The position numbers and the translations under genes are program-made. The notes beneath the pieces are model-generated. The model did not search any database. It was not told the DNA's origin and saw only the letters and a program-made list of their open reading frames with translations. DNA of 64,000 bases, taken from Planctomycetia bacterium. Its GTDB lineage: Bacteria > Planctomycetota > Planctomycetia > Pirellulales > PNKZ01. Location: the NCBI GenBank assembly GCA_021413845.1, contig JAIOPP010000021.1, positions 75,975 through 139,974 on the forward strand. The letters are read 5' to 3'. Position 1 is the stretch's first letter. Every line of letters starts with the position of its first letter. Positions 41,152-50,658 of this stretch are shown here, one piece after another.

Positions 41152-43452
41152 ATGGCCTCGGCACCCCCGAAAACCGCCGATCGGAGTCCTTCGCTGGAGC
41201 AGATGCTCCGCGAGGTGCGGCGGCGCATTCGCTCCTATGTAGCCGTCGAAGGGTTGGCGCTCGTCGTGGCGACGGCGTGTCTCGGCTTTTGGGTCACGTT
41301 CGCGCTCGATTGGCTCTTTGAGCCGGCCTCGCGCGTGCGGCAAGGGTTCGTCGTCGCGTTGGCGCTCGTGGTCGTCGTCGCCGTTTATCGGATGATCTTG
41401 CGGCGCTTCTTCGCCCGGTTCGCCGATCGGAACGTCGCGATTCTGCTCGAACGCCGCTTCCGCAACCTCGACGATGCGCTACTCACCGCGATCGACGACT
41501 CCGACCGCAAAGCGAAGCACAAAGGCAAGGGGGGCGCCGCCCCTTCTGCCGCGCTCTCCACGCCGGCACAGGCCATGCTCGAAGCGACGCGCCTCGAAGC
41601 GCGCCGCAAGCTGGCCGACGCGCGCCTCGGCGAGCTCTTCGATCCGCGCCCCCGCACCCGCGCCGTCGTCGCGGCGCTCGGGCTCTTGCTTTCCATCGCG
41701 AGCTTCGCGCTCGCCGTGCCGAAGACCTTTCATCTCGGCATCGATCGGCTCGCCGGCCGAACCGACATGCTCTATCCGCGCAACACACGACTGACGATCG
41801 ACGGCTTCGAGAACGGCGAGATCGTCGTCCCGAGAGGAGCCGATCTCGATCTCGTCGTCCGCGCCGACACAACGATGGAAGTGCCGGGCGTCGTCTACTT
41901 GTACTACGAATCCGACGACGGCTCCGTCGAAGAAGAATTGATCATGGATCGCGAAGGTCTCGCTAAGCCGGGGATCGATCCGTATCAACAATACAAGACC
42001 CCGCTCCGCGGCATCGCTTCGACGCTCGATCTCGACATTCGCGGCGGCGACGCTCGCCTGCGCGACTTGAAGATTCGCGTCGTCGAACGGCCGCAAATCA
42101 CGATGCGGTTGCGGTGCAAGTTCCCGCCGTATATGAACCGCGCCGACGATCTGCCGATCGCCGTGACCGGCATCATGCCGCTGCCGCAAGGAACGCTCGT
42201 CACGGTCGAAGCCGAAGCCAACAAGCCGCTGCGCCGGGCCGTCGTCGAACGACTTGCCGATTCGGGCGCCGACGCCAAAGCGGGCACGATCTCGGAAACG
42301 CTCGATCTCATGCACGACGGCAAGCCCCAAAGCGAGTTCCGGTTCGAGCTCGGTCGGCTCGATGCCGACCAAGTCGTGACGATTCGCCTTTTCGACGCCG
42401 ACGGTATCGACGACGCGGCCAAGCTCGCGTTGCAGGTCGTGGCGGATGCGCCGCCGGCGTTTAAGGACTTGGCTCGCAACGGCGTCGACACTTCCGTCAC
42501 GGCGCGGGCCCGCCTGCCGTTTACCGGTAAAATCAACGACGACTACGGTCTGTCGCGGCTCTGGTTCGACTACGCTTTCGACGGCAGCGAACAACTCCAG
42601 GTTCCGACCATCGTTTCCGCCGGCGGAGCGCGCGAGGTCTTGCTCGACGAAGCTCTCGACCTGCGCGACATCACCCCCGGCGGCACCTCCACCCCGCTCG
42701 CACCGGGCCGAACCATAACGATCGGGCTCAAGGCGCAAGACAATCGCAAGCTGCCCGACCAACCGGCGGGCAACGTCGCCGGCGGAGATTCGTTCACGTT
42801 CACGATCGTCTCCGATGCCGACTTACTTCGGCTGCTCGAAGGGCGCGAGATCATGTACCGCGAGCAATTCAAAGCGTTGATCGAAAAGGTGACGCGCGAC
42901 CGCGACTCGCTCGTCGACGTCGGGAAGGCTCAGCCTGCCGCAAGTGCCGAAAAAGTCGACAAAGACGAAGAATCGCAGCCACGCAATCGCGACAAGATCA
43001 TCGTCGATCAGGCCCGCTCGCACACGCAGGAGAATCGTTCGGAAACGCTCGTCGTCTCCACCGGCTTCGCGGGCATCGTCGCCGAGTTGGTGAACAATCG
43101 GGTGCCCGATTCGGATAACCTTCGCGACCGGCTGGCGGCCGACATCTCGGCTCCGCTCGCACGGATCGGCACCGAACGCTTTCCCGATTACTACGCGAAG
43201 TTGACGGCGTTGCAACTCGCGGTCGATCGGACGACGAAAGACCCGGCCGTGATCGAAGCGGCGCGGCGCGAGGCGCTGCGCGCGGCCGACGGGATCTTGG
43301 TCGAGATGAACGTGGTGTTGAATAAGATGCTGGAGTTGGAATCGTTTAAAGAGGCGGTCGACCTGCTGCGGTCGATCATCGCTTTACAAAAGGACATCGG
43401 CGACCGAACGAAAGCCGAACGAAAGAGCAAGGTTCGATTATTGGGCGATTAG
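41152..43452 (+). CDS. Hypothetical membrane-anchored protein (Bat-cluster component)
   Basis: The ORF track start 41128 is GTG. I prefer ATG 41152 (MASAPPKT...), preceded by GAAGAGAG. Two N-terminal TM helices and a large extracytoplasmic domain. No family assigned. Confidence 0.65.
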   Translation: MASAPPKTADRSPSLEQMLREVRRRIRSYVAVEGLALVVATACLGFWVTFALDWLFEPASRVRQGFVVALALVVVVAVYRMILRRFFARFADRNVAILLERRFRNLDDALLTAIDDSDRKAKHKGKGGAAPSAALSTPAQAMLEATRLEARRKLADARLGELFDPRPRTRAVVAALGLLLSIASFALAVPKTFHLGIDRLAGRTDMLYPRNTRLTIDGFENGEIVVPRGADLDLVVRADTTMEVPGVVYLYYESDDGSVEEELIMDREGLAKPGIDPYQQYKTPLRGIASTLDLDIRGGDARLRDLKIRVVERPQITMRLRCKFPPYMNRADDLPIAVTGIMPLPQGTLVTVEAEANKPLRRAVVERLADSGADAKAGTISETLDLMHDGKPQSEFRFELGRLDADQVVTIRLFDADGIDDAAKLALQVVADAPPAFKDLARNGVDTSVTARARLPFTGKINDDYGLSRLWFDYAFDGSEQLQVPTIVSAGGAREVLLDEALDLRDITPGGTSTPLAPGRTITIGLKAQDNRKLPDQPAGNVAGGDSFTFTIVSDADLLRLLEGREIMYREQFKALIEKVTRDRDSLVDVGKAQPAASAEKVDKDEESQPRNRDKIIVDQARSHTQENRSETLVVSTGFAGIVAELVNNRVPDSDNLRDRLAADISAPLARIGTERFPDYYAKLTALQLAVDRTTKDPAVIEAARREALRAADGILVEMNVVLNKMLELESFKEAVDLLRSIIALQKDIGDRTKAERKSKVRLLGD

Positions 43453-43551
43453 AGGCCGTCTGCCGCGCGACCGGTTCATGGTCGCCGCGTCTCGGATAAC
43501 AGGAGCCGATCGATGGTGCGCAATTCGCAAACTGCAACGGACGCCGGCCGC

Positions 43552-43710
43552 ATGAGGCCGAGCGTGCTCGTCGCCCTGCCGGCGATGATCGCCTGCTTAC
43601 TATTATGTTGGTCGACGCGCGTCGCGGCCGCGGACCCGGCACCGGTGGAGAGCAAAGCTCCCGCGAATGCGGCGGTCCCTGCTGCGACGGCGAAGCCGGC
43701 TGCGATTCTC
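43552..43710 (+). pseudogene. Signal-peptide-encoding fragment in frame 1, apparently the displaced N-terminus of the downstream coiled-coil gene
   Basis: Frame 1 encodes MRPSVLVALPAMIACLLLCWSTRVAAADPAPVESKAPANAAVPAATAKPAA, a classic signal peptide with an AxA site. It becomes Arg-rich nonsense after about 43705, exactly where frame 2 becomes protein-like. Confidence 0.45.
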
Positions 43711-45319
43711 CGACGAAGCGGATCAAGACCAAGCCCGCTTGCTGCGGCAAGTCTTCGCGGAAAGCCAATCGCGCTCCCTCGACGTGAAGTTCGAAGACGT
43801 CGTGAAGATGCTGCAAGAGAAGCGGCTGGCGCAAGCCGTCGGAGATCAAGACCAACTGACGGGCCAGCTCGAGCAACTGTTGACGATGCTCTTGGCCGCC
43901 GAGCGTGATAAGGAACTCAAGAACGAGCAAGAGCGCGTTAAAGAGTTCATCAAGCAGATCAAGCAGATGATCAACAAGCAGATGGAGTTGGAAGGGCGCA
44001 CGGCGGAAGCCGACCCGAAGAGCGTGGCCCCCGATCAAGGAAGCCTCTCCGACGCCGCGGCCGAACTCGCCAAGAAGATGAACCCCGGCGGTAACCAAAA
44101 GCCGAAAGAGGGCGAAGCCGGCAAGCCGAAGCCGGGCGAAGCCAAACCGAACGACGACGAAGGGAAGAACGACCCGAAATCCGGAAAGCCGAAAGACGGC
44201 GACTCGAAGCCGGGCGAAGGGAAGCCGAGTGCGTCGAAGCCGGACGATAAGAAACCCGGCGACAAAAAGCCGGGTGAAAGTAAACCCAGCGAAGCGAAGC
44301 CCGGTGAGTCGAAACCTAGCGAAGCAAAGCCGGGCGAGGCCAAACCGGGTGAGTCGAAGCCCGGTGAAGCGAAACCGAGCGAGTCGAAGCCGGGAGAGCC
44401 CTCGAAGTCGGGCGGCAAGCCGAAGCCGGGGAAGCCGAGCGAGGGGCAATCGCCGCCGAGCCCGCCGAGCGAGTCGGACGATCAAAAATCGGACGACAAC
44501 AAGTCGCCGATGCAGTCGCCGCAAAAGCGAGTCGAAGCGGCTCAGCAGCGCATGGCGGAAGCGCGCAAGAAGCTCGACGAAGCCAAACGCGAAAACGCGA
44601 TGAAGGAACAGGAAGAAGCGGTGCGAGAGCTCGAGCAAGCGAAAGCCGAGTTGGAACAGATCCTCCGGCAGCTGCGCGAAGAAGAGAAGGCGCGCCTCTT
44701 GGAAGTGCTCGAGCGCCGGTTTACCGAAATGCTCCGCATGCAGGAAGCGGTGAACCGCGATACGCAAGGGCTGCACGCCATCCCGCTCGCGTCGCGCGGC
44801 AAGGGCGAAGAAATCGAAGCGGGTCGGCTTAGCCGCGAAGAGGGGTTGATCCTCATCGAGGCGGACAAGGCCTTGCAACTGCTCAAGGAAGACGGCACCG
44901 CTGTGGCGTTCCCGCGCACGGTCGAGCAAATGCGCGACGACATCGCGCAGATCGTCGATCTGCTCGCGGCCGTGAAAGTCGACGAGCTGACGCTCGCCGT
45001 CGAGCAAGACGTCGTGATGGCGCTCAAGGAGTTGATCGAGGCCTTGCAGAAGGCCAAGAAAGACATGAAGGATAAGAAACCGCCGAAGCCGGGCGAAGGC
45101 CAACCGAGCGAGCAGCAGCAATCGCTGATCGACCAGATCGCCGAACTGAAGATGATTCGCTCGTTGCAACTGCGCGTGAACCGCCGGACCAAGCTCATCA
45201 GCGAAACGGTCGACGTCTCGGCCGAACAAGCCGCGCTCGAAATGTTGAAGAAGCTCGCCGTTACCGAACTGGACGTCTACCGGATTACCCGCGACATCGT
45301 GTTGGGGAAAAACAAATGA
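43667..45319 (+). CDS. Coiled-coil / low-complexity secreted protein (Bat-cluster component); 5' end uncertain (possible frameshift)
   Basis: 550-aa ORF. The first 13 codons are Arg-rich and look non-coding. Then come coiled-coil segments, a KPGE pentapeptide repeat block and further coiled coil. Confidence 0.7.
   Translation: MRRSLLRRRSRLRFSDEADQDQARLLRQVFAESQSRSLDVKFEDVVKMLQEKRLAQAVGDQDQLTGQLEQLLTMLLAAERDKELKNEQERVKEFIKQIKQMINKQMELEGRTAEADPKSVAPDQGSLSDAAAELAKKMNPGGNQKPKEGEAGKPKPGEAKPNDDEGKNDPKSGKPKDGDSKPGEGKPSASKPDDKKPGDKKPGESKPSEAKPGESKPSEAKPGEAKPGESKPGEAKPSESKPGEPSKSGGKPKPGKPSEGQSPPSPPSESDDQKSDDNKSPMQSPQKRVEAAQQRMAEARKKLDEAKRENAMKEQEEAVRELEQAKAELEQILRQLREEEKARLLEVLERRFTEMLRMQEAVNRDTQGLHAIPLASRGKGEEIEAGRLSREEGLILIEADKALQLLKEDGTAVAFPRTVEQMRDDIAQIVDLLAAVKVDELTLAVEQDVVMALKELIEALQKAKKDMKDKKPPKPGEGQPSEQQQSLIDQIAELKMIRSLQLRVNRRTKLISETVDVSAEQAALEMLKKLAVTELDVYRITRDIVLGKNK
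44255..44401 (+). repeat. Tandem 15-nt (pentapeptide K-P-[GS]-E-[AS]) repeats inside the CDS
   Basis: Protein segment KPGDKKPGESKPSEAKPGESKPSEAKPGEAKPGESKPGEAKPSESKPGEP, aa 197-245 of the 43667 ORF. It sits in a wider Lys/Pro/Glu/Asp-rich region at about 44087-44509. Confidence 0.85.
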
Positions 45320-46425
45320 CGCATCGCGTGAACAACTTCTTTTCGCTAGCGCTGGTCTGGAGCGCGGCTTGGATCGTCGGAGCGGCGTCGGTGCTGCCGG
45401 CGTGGGCCGCCAACGACGCGCCGGGCGTGCCGTCGAAGGTGCAGGTTCGGCGCCTCGGCCGAACCGATCCGGCCGAGATTCAACGCCAAATTTTGCGCAC
45501 GACCGCCGCCGCAACCGCCGACGACGTCTCCGTGCAACTCGCGATCGCGGCGCTTTGGAGCGGGCCCACGAACGTCGCTCCCGGCGAAGACCCCCTGGAG
45601 CGGATCGCCCGCACGGCGACCCTGTTCGACGACCGTGCGGCGAGCTTAGTTCGCATCTGCTCCGGCCCGACCGAACCTTGGCTCGTCCCCGATCAAGCGT
45701 GGCTGCGCGATATGAGCCCCGCCGCCGGCGACCGGCTCGATCCTTGGCTCCGCGACCAACTACGCTTGTACTTCGGCCGCTGGCTGGCTCAGCGGAAGAT
45801 GTACGACCAAGCCCTCGTGGCGCTCGCCGGCCTTGAGCCGACCGACGTCGTCGACCCCGCCTCGCTCCTCTTCTATCAGGCCGCCGCATACCATCATCAG
45901 CTGCGCAAAGCGCCGGGGCTCCGGGCGATCGATCGTTTGTTGAACGACGTCGACCACTGTCCGGCGCGGTTTCAGATCGTCGCCGGCTTGATGCGCGAAG
46001 ACTTGAAGAAGCTCGAAGACGAATCGCTCGATCACATCGCCCGCCGGATGGAAGACATCCGTCGCCGGCTCGACCACGGCCGGGCCGACAAGCGGACGCG
46101 CCGGATCGAAGACGGCGTGATCGCGTCGCTCGATAAGATGATCGAGGACCTGGAAAAGAAGCAACAACAGGGGGGCGGTGGCGGAGGTGGGGGCGGCGGC
46201 TCGCAGTCGGGCCAGCCGATGCAAGACAGCCAGATCGGCAAACAGAAGGGCCCCGGCCAAACCGACCCGAAAGATATCGGTCGCAAATCCGACTGGGGCG
46301 ATCTTCCGCCCGAAGCGCGCGAACAGATCAAGCAACAAATCGGCCGCGACTTACCGGCCCATTACTACGACCTCATTCAGCAGTATTTCAACAACCCCGA
46401 ACGGTCAGGGGCGCGGCCGAAATAG
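45316..46425 (+). CDS. Secreted hypothetical protein with internal Gly10 tract
   Basis: 369 aa, with an ATGA overlap with the upstream gene. Signal peptide (SLALVWSAAWIVGAASVLPAWA). Ten consecutive Gly codons at 46171-46200. Confidence 0.7.
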   Translation: MTHRVNNFFSLALVWSAAWIVGAASVLPAWAANDAPGVPSKVQVRRLGRTDPAEIQRQILRTTAAATADDVSVQLAIAALWSGPTNVAPGEDPLERIARTATLFDDRAASLVRICSGPTEPWLVPDQAWLRDMSPAAGDRLDPWLRDQLRLYFGRWLAQRKMYDQALVALAGLEPTDVVDPASLLFYQAAAYHHQLRKAPGLRAIDRLLNDVDHCPARFQIVAGLMREDLKKLEDESLDHIARRMEDIRRRLDHGRADKRTRRIEDGVIASLDKMIEDLEKKQQQGGGGGGGGGGSQSGQPMQDSQIGKQKGPGQTDPKDIGRKSDWGDLPPEAREQIKQQIGRDLPAHYYDLIQQYFNNPERSGARPK

Positions 46426-46488
46426 TTTCGTCTTCGCTCGCACCGTCCGCCGTTCGTCTCTACTTTTCCCGCACTTAGATCCGCATTC

Positions 46489-47673
46489 ATGCTGAACTTC
46501 ATCGCCCTCGCGCTGCTGGCCGCCGCCCCGGAGTTTCAAGCCGTCGGTTCCGACGGCTCGAAGTTTCGCGGAGAGCTTACCGAGTTCACCGGCGAGAAGG
46601 CCGTGTTCCGCACCAGCGAAGGGGAACGAAGCATCCCGACCGGCGGGCTCGTACGCATGATCCCGAGCGAAGCTTCGACCTCGATGGTCGGCACCGCCGT
46701 GGTTTGGGTCCGGATGCTCGACGGCACCCGTTTCGACGCCGTCTCCTACCAAGTCGCCGGCGGCAAGGCGACGATCTCGTTCGGCAAAGGGCTCGACATC
46801 GTCGTCCCGACCGCGACCATCCATTCCGTGCGACTGAAAGAGCAACCGCAAGCGATCGCCGAGCAGTGGAACGCGATTTTGAATCGCCCCGCGCCGGCCG
46901 ATCTGATCGTGATCCGCGAAGAGACTTCGATCGATTACCTCGAAGGGGTCTTCGGCGACGTGACTGCCGACTCGGTGCAGTTCACGCTCGACGGCGAAGC
47001 GATTCCCGTCAAGCGCCCGAAAGTCGAAGGGCTGGTCTACTATCACCCCAAGGCTCCGACGCTCGAAGGCCCGTTCTGCGTCGTGACCGATCGAGCCGGC
47101 TCGTCCATTCAAGCCGCGCGCACGACGCTCGCCGCCGGCCGACTTAAGATCACGACGCCAACCGGTGCCGAGCTGACCCTGCCGCTCGAGCGTGTGAACG
47201 CGATCGACTTCCCGGCCCGTTATTTGAGCGAGATGAAGCCGGAAGCGTTATCGTTCGAGCCGTTGGTCCGCGAGCCGCGCATCGTCGCCGAGAGCATCGG
47301 CGCGCGCTACCGTCCCCGATTCGATCAAGCCATGGAGCCCGGCCCCTTGCGGCTCGGCGGGCGCGAATACTTTAAGGGGATCGCGCTGCACAGTCGTTCG
47401 AGCGTGACGTTCCTGCTGCCGGAGCCGTTCGTCAAACTGACGGCGATCGCCGGCATCGACGACCGCGTCCGCCCGCACGGCAACGTCTTGCTCACGATCC
47501 ACGGCGACGATCGGGTGTTGCTCGAACGCAACATCACCGGCGCGGAAGAACCGCTGCCGATTTCTCTCGATCTTACCGGCGTGACCCGTTTGAAGTTCAC
47601 CGTCGACTTCGGTGCCGATCGCATCGACGCAGGCGATTACTTAGATCTCTGCGATCCGAGGTTGTTTCAATGA
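46489..47673 (+). CDS. Secreted protein with C-terminal NPCBM-like (carbohydrate-binding-module-like) domain
   Basis: 394 aa. The C-terminal GREYFKGIALHSRSSVTF ... IDDRV...GNVLLTIHGDD ... LKFTVDFG...DAGDYLDLCDPRL resembles NPCBM/NEW2 domains (from memory). Confidence 0.6.
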   Translation: MLNFIALALLAAAPEFQAVGSDGSKFRGELTEFTGEKAVFRTSEGERSIPTGGLVRMIPSEASTSMVGTAVVWVRMLDGTRFDAVSYQVAGGKATISFGKGLDIVVPTATIHSVRLKEQPQAIAEQWNAILNRPAPADLIVIREETSIDYLEGVFGDVTADSVQFTLDGEAIPVKRPKVEGLVYYHPKAPTLEGPFCVVTDRAGSSIQAARTTLAAGRLKITTPTGAELTLPLERVNAIDFPARYLSEMKPEALSFEPLVREPRIVAESIGARYRPRFDQAMEPGPLRLGGREYFKGIALHSRSSVTFLLPEPFVKLTAIAGIDDRVRPHGNVLLTIHGDDRVLLERNITGAEEPLPISLDLTGVTRLKFTVDFGADRIDAGDYLDLCDPRLFQ

Positions 47674-49565
47674 TGTCGTCACGCCGTCGGATGATGATCG
47701 CGAGCATGCTCGCGGCTTGGGTTGCCGTCGCCGATTTCGGCGCCGTGCCCGCGGCCTACGGAGACGTCGAGCGCGACGTGCTGGATGCCGAGGCGGCGCG
47801 AGTCGCCGTGATGGCCGAGGCTCGCAGCAAGACGGTCGCGATCTTCCCGCCGGAAGGAAACGGCGGCGGTTCCGGCGTGCTCATCTCGGCCGACGGCTAC
47901 GCCTTGTCGAACTTCCATGTGGTGAAGGGCTCGGAAAAGTTCATGAAGTGCGGCCTGAGCGACGGCCGTTCGTACGACGCCGTCGTCGTCGGCATCGATC
48001 CGGTCGGCGACGTGGCCCTCATCAAGATCTTCGGCCGCGACGACTTCCCCCACGCCGAGTTCGGCGACAGCGATGCCGTGCGAACCGGCGATTGGGTCTT
48101 CGCTTCCGGCAATCCGTTTCTGCTCGCGCACGACTTCAAGCCGACCGTCACCTACGGCATCGTGTCCGGAGTGCATCGCTATCAATATCCCTCCGGCACG
48201 CTGCTGGAATACGCCGACTGCATCCAAACCGACGCCTCGATCAATCCCGGCAACTCCGGCGGCCCGCTCTTCGATGCACAAGGAAAGCTGATCGGCATCA
48301 ACGGCCGCGGCTCGTTCGAGAAACGCGGGCGCGTGAACGTCGGGGTCGGCTATGCGATCTCGATCAACCAGATCAAGCACTTTCTCGGCTGCCTGAAAAG
48401 CGGCCGGATCGTCGACCATGCTACGCTCGGCGCGCGCACCGCGTCGGACGCCGACGGCCGTGTGATCGTCGCCGACATTCTGGAAGACAGCGATGCTTGG
48501 CGGCGCGGGCTGCGTATCGGCGACGAGATCACGGAGTTCGGCGGGCGGCAAGTCCGCACGGTCAACGCCTTCAAAAACATTTTGGGAATCTTCCCGCAAG
48601 GTTGGCGCGTACCGGTCACCTATCGCAACAAAGGGACGTCTCACAAGACTTTCATTCGGCTCGCGGGTGTCCACGATATCGAAGACCTAATCGAAAAAAC
48701 GATGGGCAAGGCCGAACCCGAGAAAGGTCTCCCCCCCGGCCCGCCGAAGCCGCCGGAAGAGCCGGGCCCGAACGACAAGCCCGACGAGAAGAAGCCGAAG
48801 GACGGCCCCGAAGAGCAACCGAAAGAGGGCAAGTCTCAAGAAGATCATTTGCCGAAGAAGTTTAAGCTGCCGTTCCAAAAGTCGGACGCAGGTGAAGAGA
48901 TCGCGGTGCCCGAGATCGTGAAGAAGCACTACGCCGAGAAGCGCGGCTTCGCGAATTACAAATTCAACGAGCATGAGCGCGACCGCACCTGGAACGCCCT
49001 CTCCCGTTCGATGCAACCCGCCGCTAGTATCGGCGGCACCTGGACGATCGAAGCGGAGCAAATCTCCGGAGGGGCCGCGGCTGCGAAATCGAACCTCACG
49101 ATCACGATCGGCGACGCGTTGGTCGAATATCGGCTCCCTTCCGGCGCGGCGACGCTGCCGGTCGGCGGTTCGTTTGCCGGGGCAGTCGATCCGCAAGGAA
49201 CCGGCGGCTTGCTCGCCGCCCTCTCGCTCTGGCGGCGGCTCATCGTGCTCGGCCCGACGCGCTTCGGCGACCTACGCTACGAAGGGGCGTTTTCCTTGCC
49301 GGGCCTGCCCGACAACTACGACGTATTGCTCGGCCGGCAGGCCGGCGTGGCCTGCCGCTTCTTCGTCGACCCGCGCAGCGGCGATCTTGTGAGCGTCGAA
49401 ATGCAAGCCGACGACGAGCTGGATCCTTGCGAGCTTTTCTTCGCCGACTATCGGGAACAGAAGGGACGACGCTTACCGACGCGCATCGAGATCCGCCACG
49501 GCGATGCGACGTATGCCGTCGTCGTGCCGCGTGAATGGAAATTCTCGCCGGAGGCCGCGAAATGA
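47670..49565 (+). CDS. HtrA/DegP-like S1C serine protease with PDZ domain (catalytic triad intact)
   Basis: 631 aa, with an ATGA overlap upstream. His in SNFHVV, Asp in GDVALIKI, Ser in GNSGGPL (Ser codon 48255-48257). PDZ-like ILEDSDAWRRGLRIGDEI, a Lys/Pro/Glu linker and an extra C-terminal domain. Confidence 0.85.
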   Translation: MMSSRRRMMIASMLAAWVAVADFGAVPAAYGDVERDVLDAEAARVAVMAEARSKTVAIFPPEGNGGGSGVLISADGYALSNFHVVKGSEKFMKCGLSDGRSYDAVVVGIDPVGDVALIKIFGRDDFPHAEFGDSDAVRTGDWVFASGNPFLLAHDFKPTVTYGIVSGVHRYQYPSGTLLEYADCIQTDASINPGNSGGPLFDAQGKLIGINGRGSFEKRGRVNVGVGYAISINQIKHFLGCLKSGRIVDHATLGARTASDADGRVIVADILEDSDAWRRGLRIGDEITEFGGRQVRTVNAFKNILGIFPQGWRVPVTYRNKGTSHKTFIRLAGVHDIEDLIEKTMGKAEPEKGLPPGPPKPPEEPGPNDKPDEKKPKDGPEEQPKEGKSQEDHLPKKFKLPFQKSDAGEEIAVPEIVKKHYAEKRGFANYKFNEHERDRTWNALSRSMQPAASIGGTWTIEAEQISGGAAAAKSNLTITIGDALVEYRLPSGAATLPVGGSFAGAVDPQGTGGLLAALSLWRRLIVLGPTRFGDLRYEGAFSLPGLPDNYDVLLGRQAGVACRFFVDPRSGDLVSVEMQADDELDPCELFFADYREQKGRRLPTRIEIRHGDATYAVVVPREWKFSPEAAK

Positions 49566-50641
49566 TCCGAGTTATGACTAACGCCGATGGGACATTTCGC
49601 CGCGCAGTGCTCTTTGCGGCGTGTTTCCTATTCGCCACGGGCGGAGCGCTCGAAGCGGCGCCGCTGCGCGAGGTGATTCGCGGGGCGCAGCCGAAGATCG
49701 TCAAAATTCAAGGGGCCGGCGGCTATCGGGGGCTCGAAGCCTATCAAAGCGGATTCCTGTTCTCCGCCGACGGCTACATTCTCACCGTAATGAGCTACGT
49801 GCTCGACACCGATTACATCACCGTCACGCTCGACAACGGCCGGAAGTTCGAAGAAGCGAAGCTCGTCGCTTCCGATCCTCGCTTGGAGTTGGCGGTACTC
49901 AAGATCGACGGATCCGAGTTGCCACACTTCGACCTTGCCGCTGCGACGACGGCCGACTCCGGCACGCGCGTCTTAGCGTTCAGCAATATGTTCGGCGTAG
50001 CGGTGGGTGATGAAGAAGCGAGCGTGCTGCACGGCGTCGTCAGCGTCGTGACGAAGCTCAACGCGCGACGTGGAGCGTTCGCCACTCCTTACGACGGCCC
50101 GGCGTATATCGTCGATGCGATGACGAATAATCCCGGAGCGGCCGGCGGAGCGCTCGTCGACTATCGGGGCAACCTGCTCGGGATGCTCGGCAAAGAGCTA
50201 CGGCATACGCAGTCGAACATTTGGCTCAACTTCGCGATCCCCACTTCGGAGCTGCGCGAGACGGCCGAAGCGATCCGCACCGGCAAGTATGTGCGCCGCG
50301 CGCCGGAAGAACGAGTCGCCAAGCCCGACCAACCGCAAACGCTCGACCTGCTCGGGATCGTGCTGGTGCCCGACGTCTTGGAGCGGACGCCGCCGTTTAT
50401 CGATGCCGTCGTGCCGGGCTCTTCCGCCGCGATGTCCGATGTCCGGCCCGACGATCAGATCTTGTTCATCAACAATCGCATCACGCAATCGTGCGCCGCC
50501 GTGCGCAACGAATTGGATTTCATCCACCGCGTCGATCCGGTGAAAGCCACTTTGCTGCGGGGGCAGGAGTTGATCGAAGTGACGCTTCGCGCGCCGCTCC
50601 GCAGCTCGACTTCGGCAGCTGCCGCGGAGAAAACACCGTGA
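49562..50641 (+). CDS. HtrA-like paralogue with degenerate catalytic triad (predicted pseudoprotease) plus PDZ
   Basis: Start is taken at ATG 49562 (ATGA overlap). The His motif is replaced by LTVMSYVL, the Asp motif by ELAVLKI, and the Ser motif by NPGAAGGAL (Ala codon 50141-50143 at the nucleophile position). Confidence 0.75.
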   Translation: MIRVMTNADGTFRRAVLFAACFLFATGGALEAAPLREVIRGAQPKIVKIQGAGGYRGLEAYQSGFLFSADGYILTVMSYVLDTDYITVTLDNGRKFEEAKLVASDPRLELAVLKIDGSELPHFDLAAATTADSGTRVLAFSNMFGVAVGDEEASVLHGVVSVVTKLNARRGAFATPYDGPAYIVDAMTNNPGAAGGALVDYRGNLLGMLGKELRHTQSNIWLNFAIPTSELRETAEAIRTGKYVRRAPEERVAKPDQPQTLDLLGIVLVPDVLERTPPFIDAVVPGSSAAMSDVRPDDQILFINNRITQSCAAVRNELDFIHRVDPVKATLLRGQELIEVTLRAPLRSSTSAAAAEKTP

Positions 50642-50658
50642 GCTTGAATCGCGTTACC

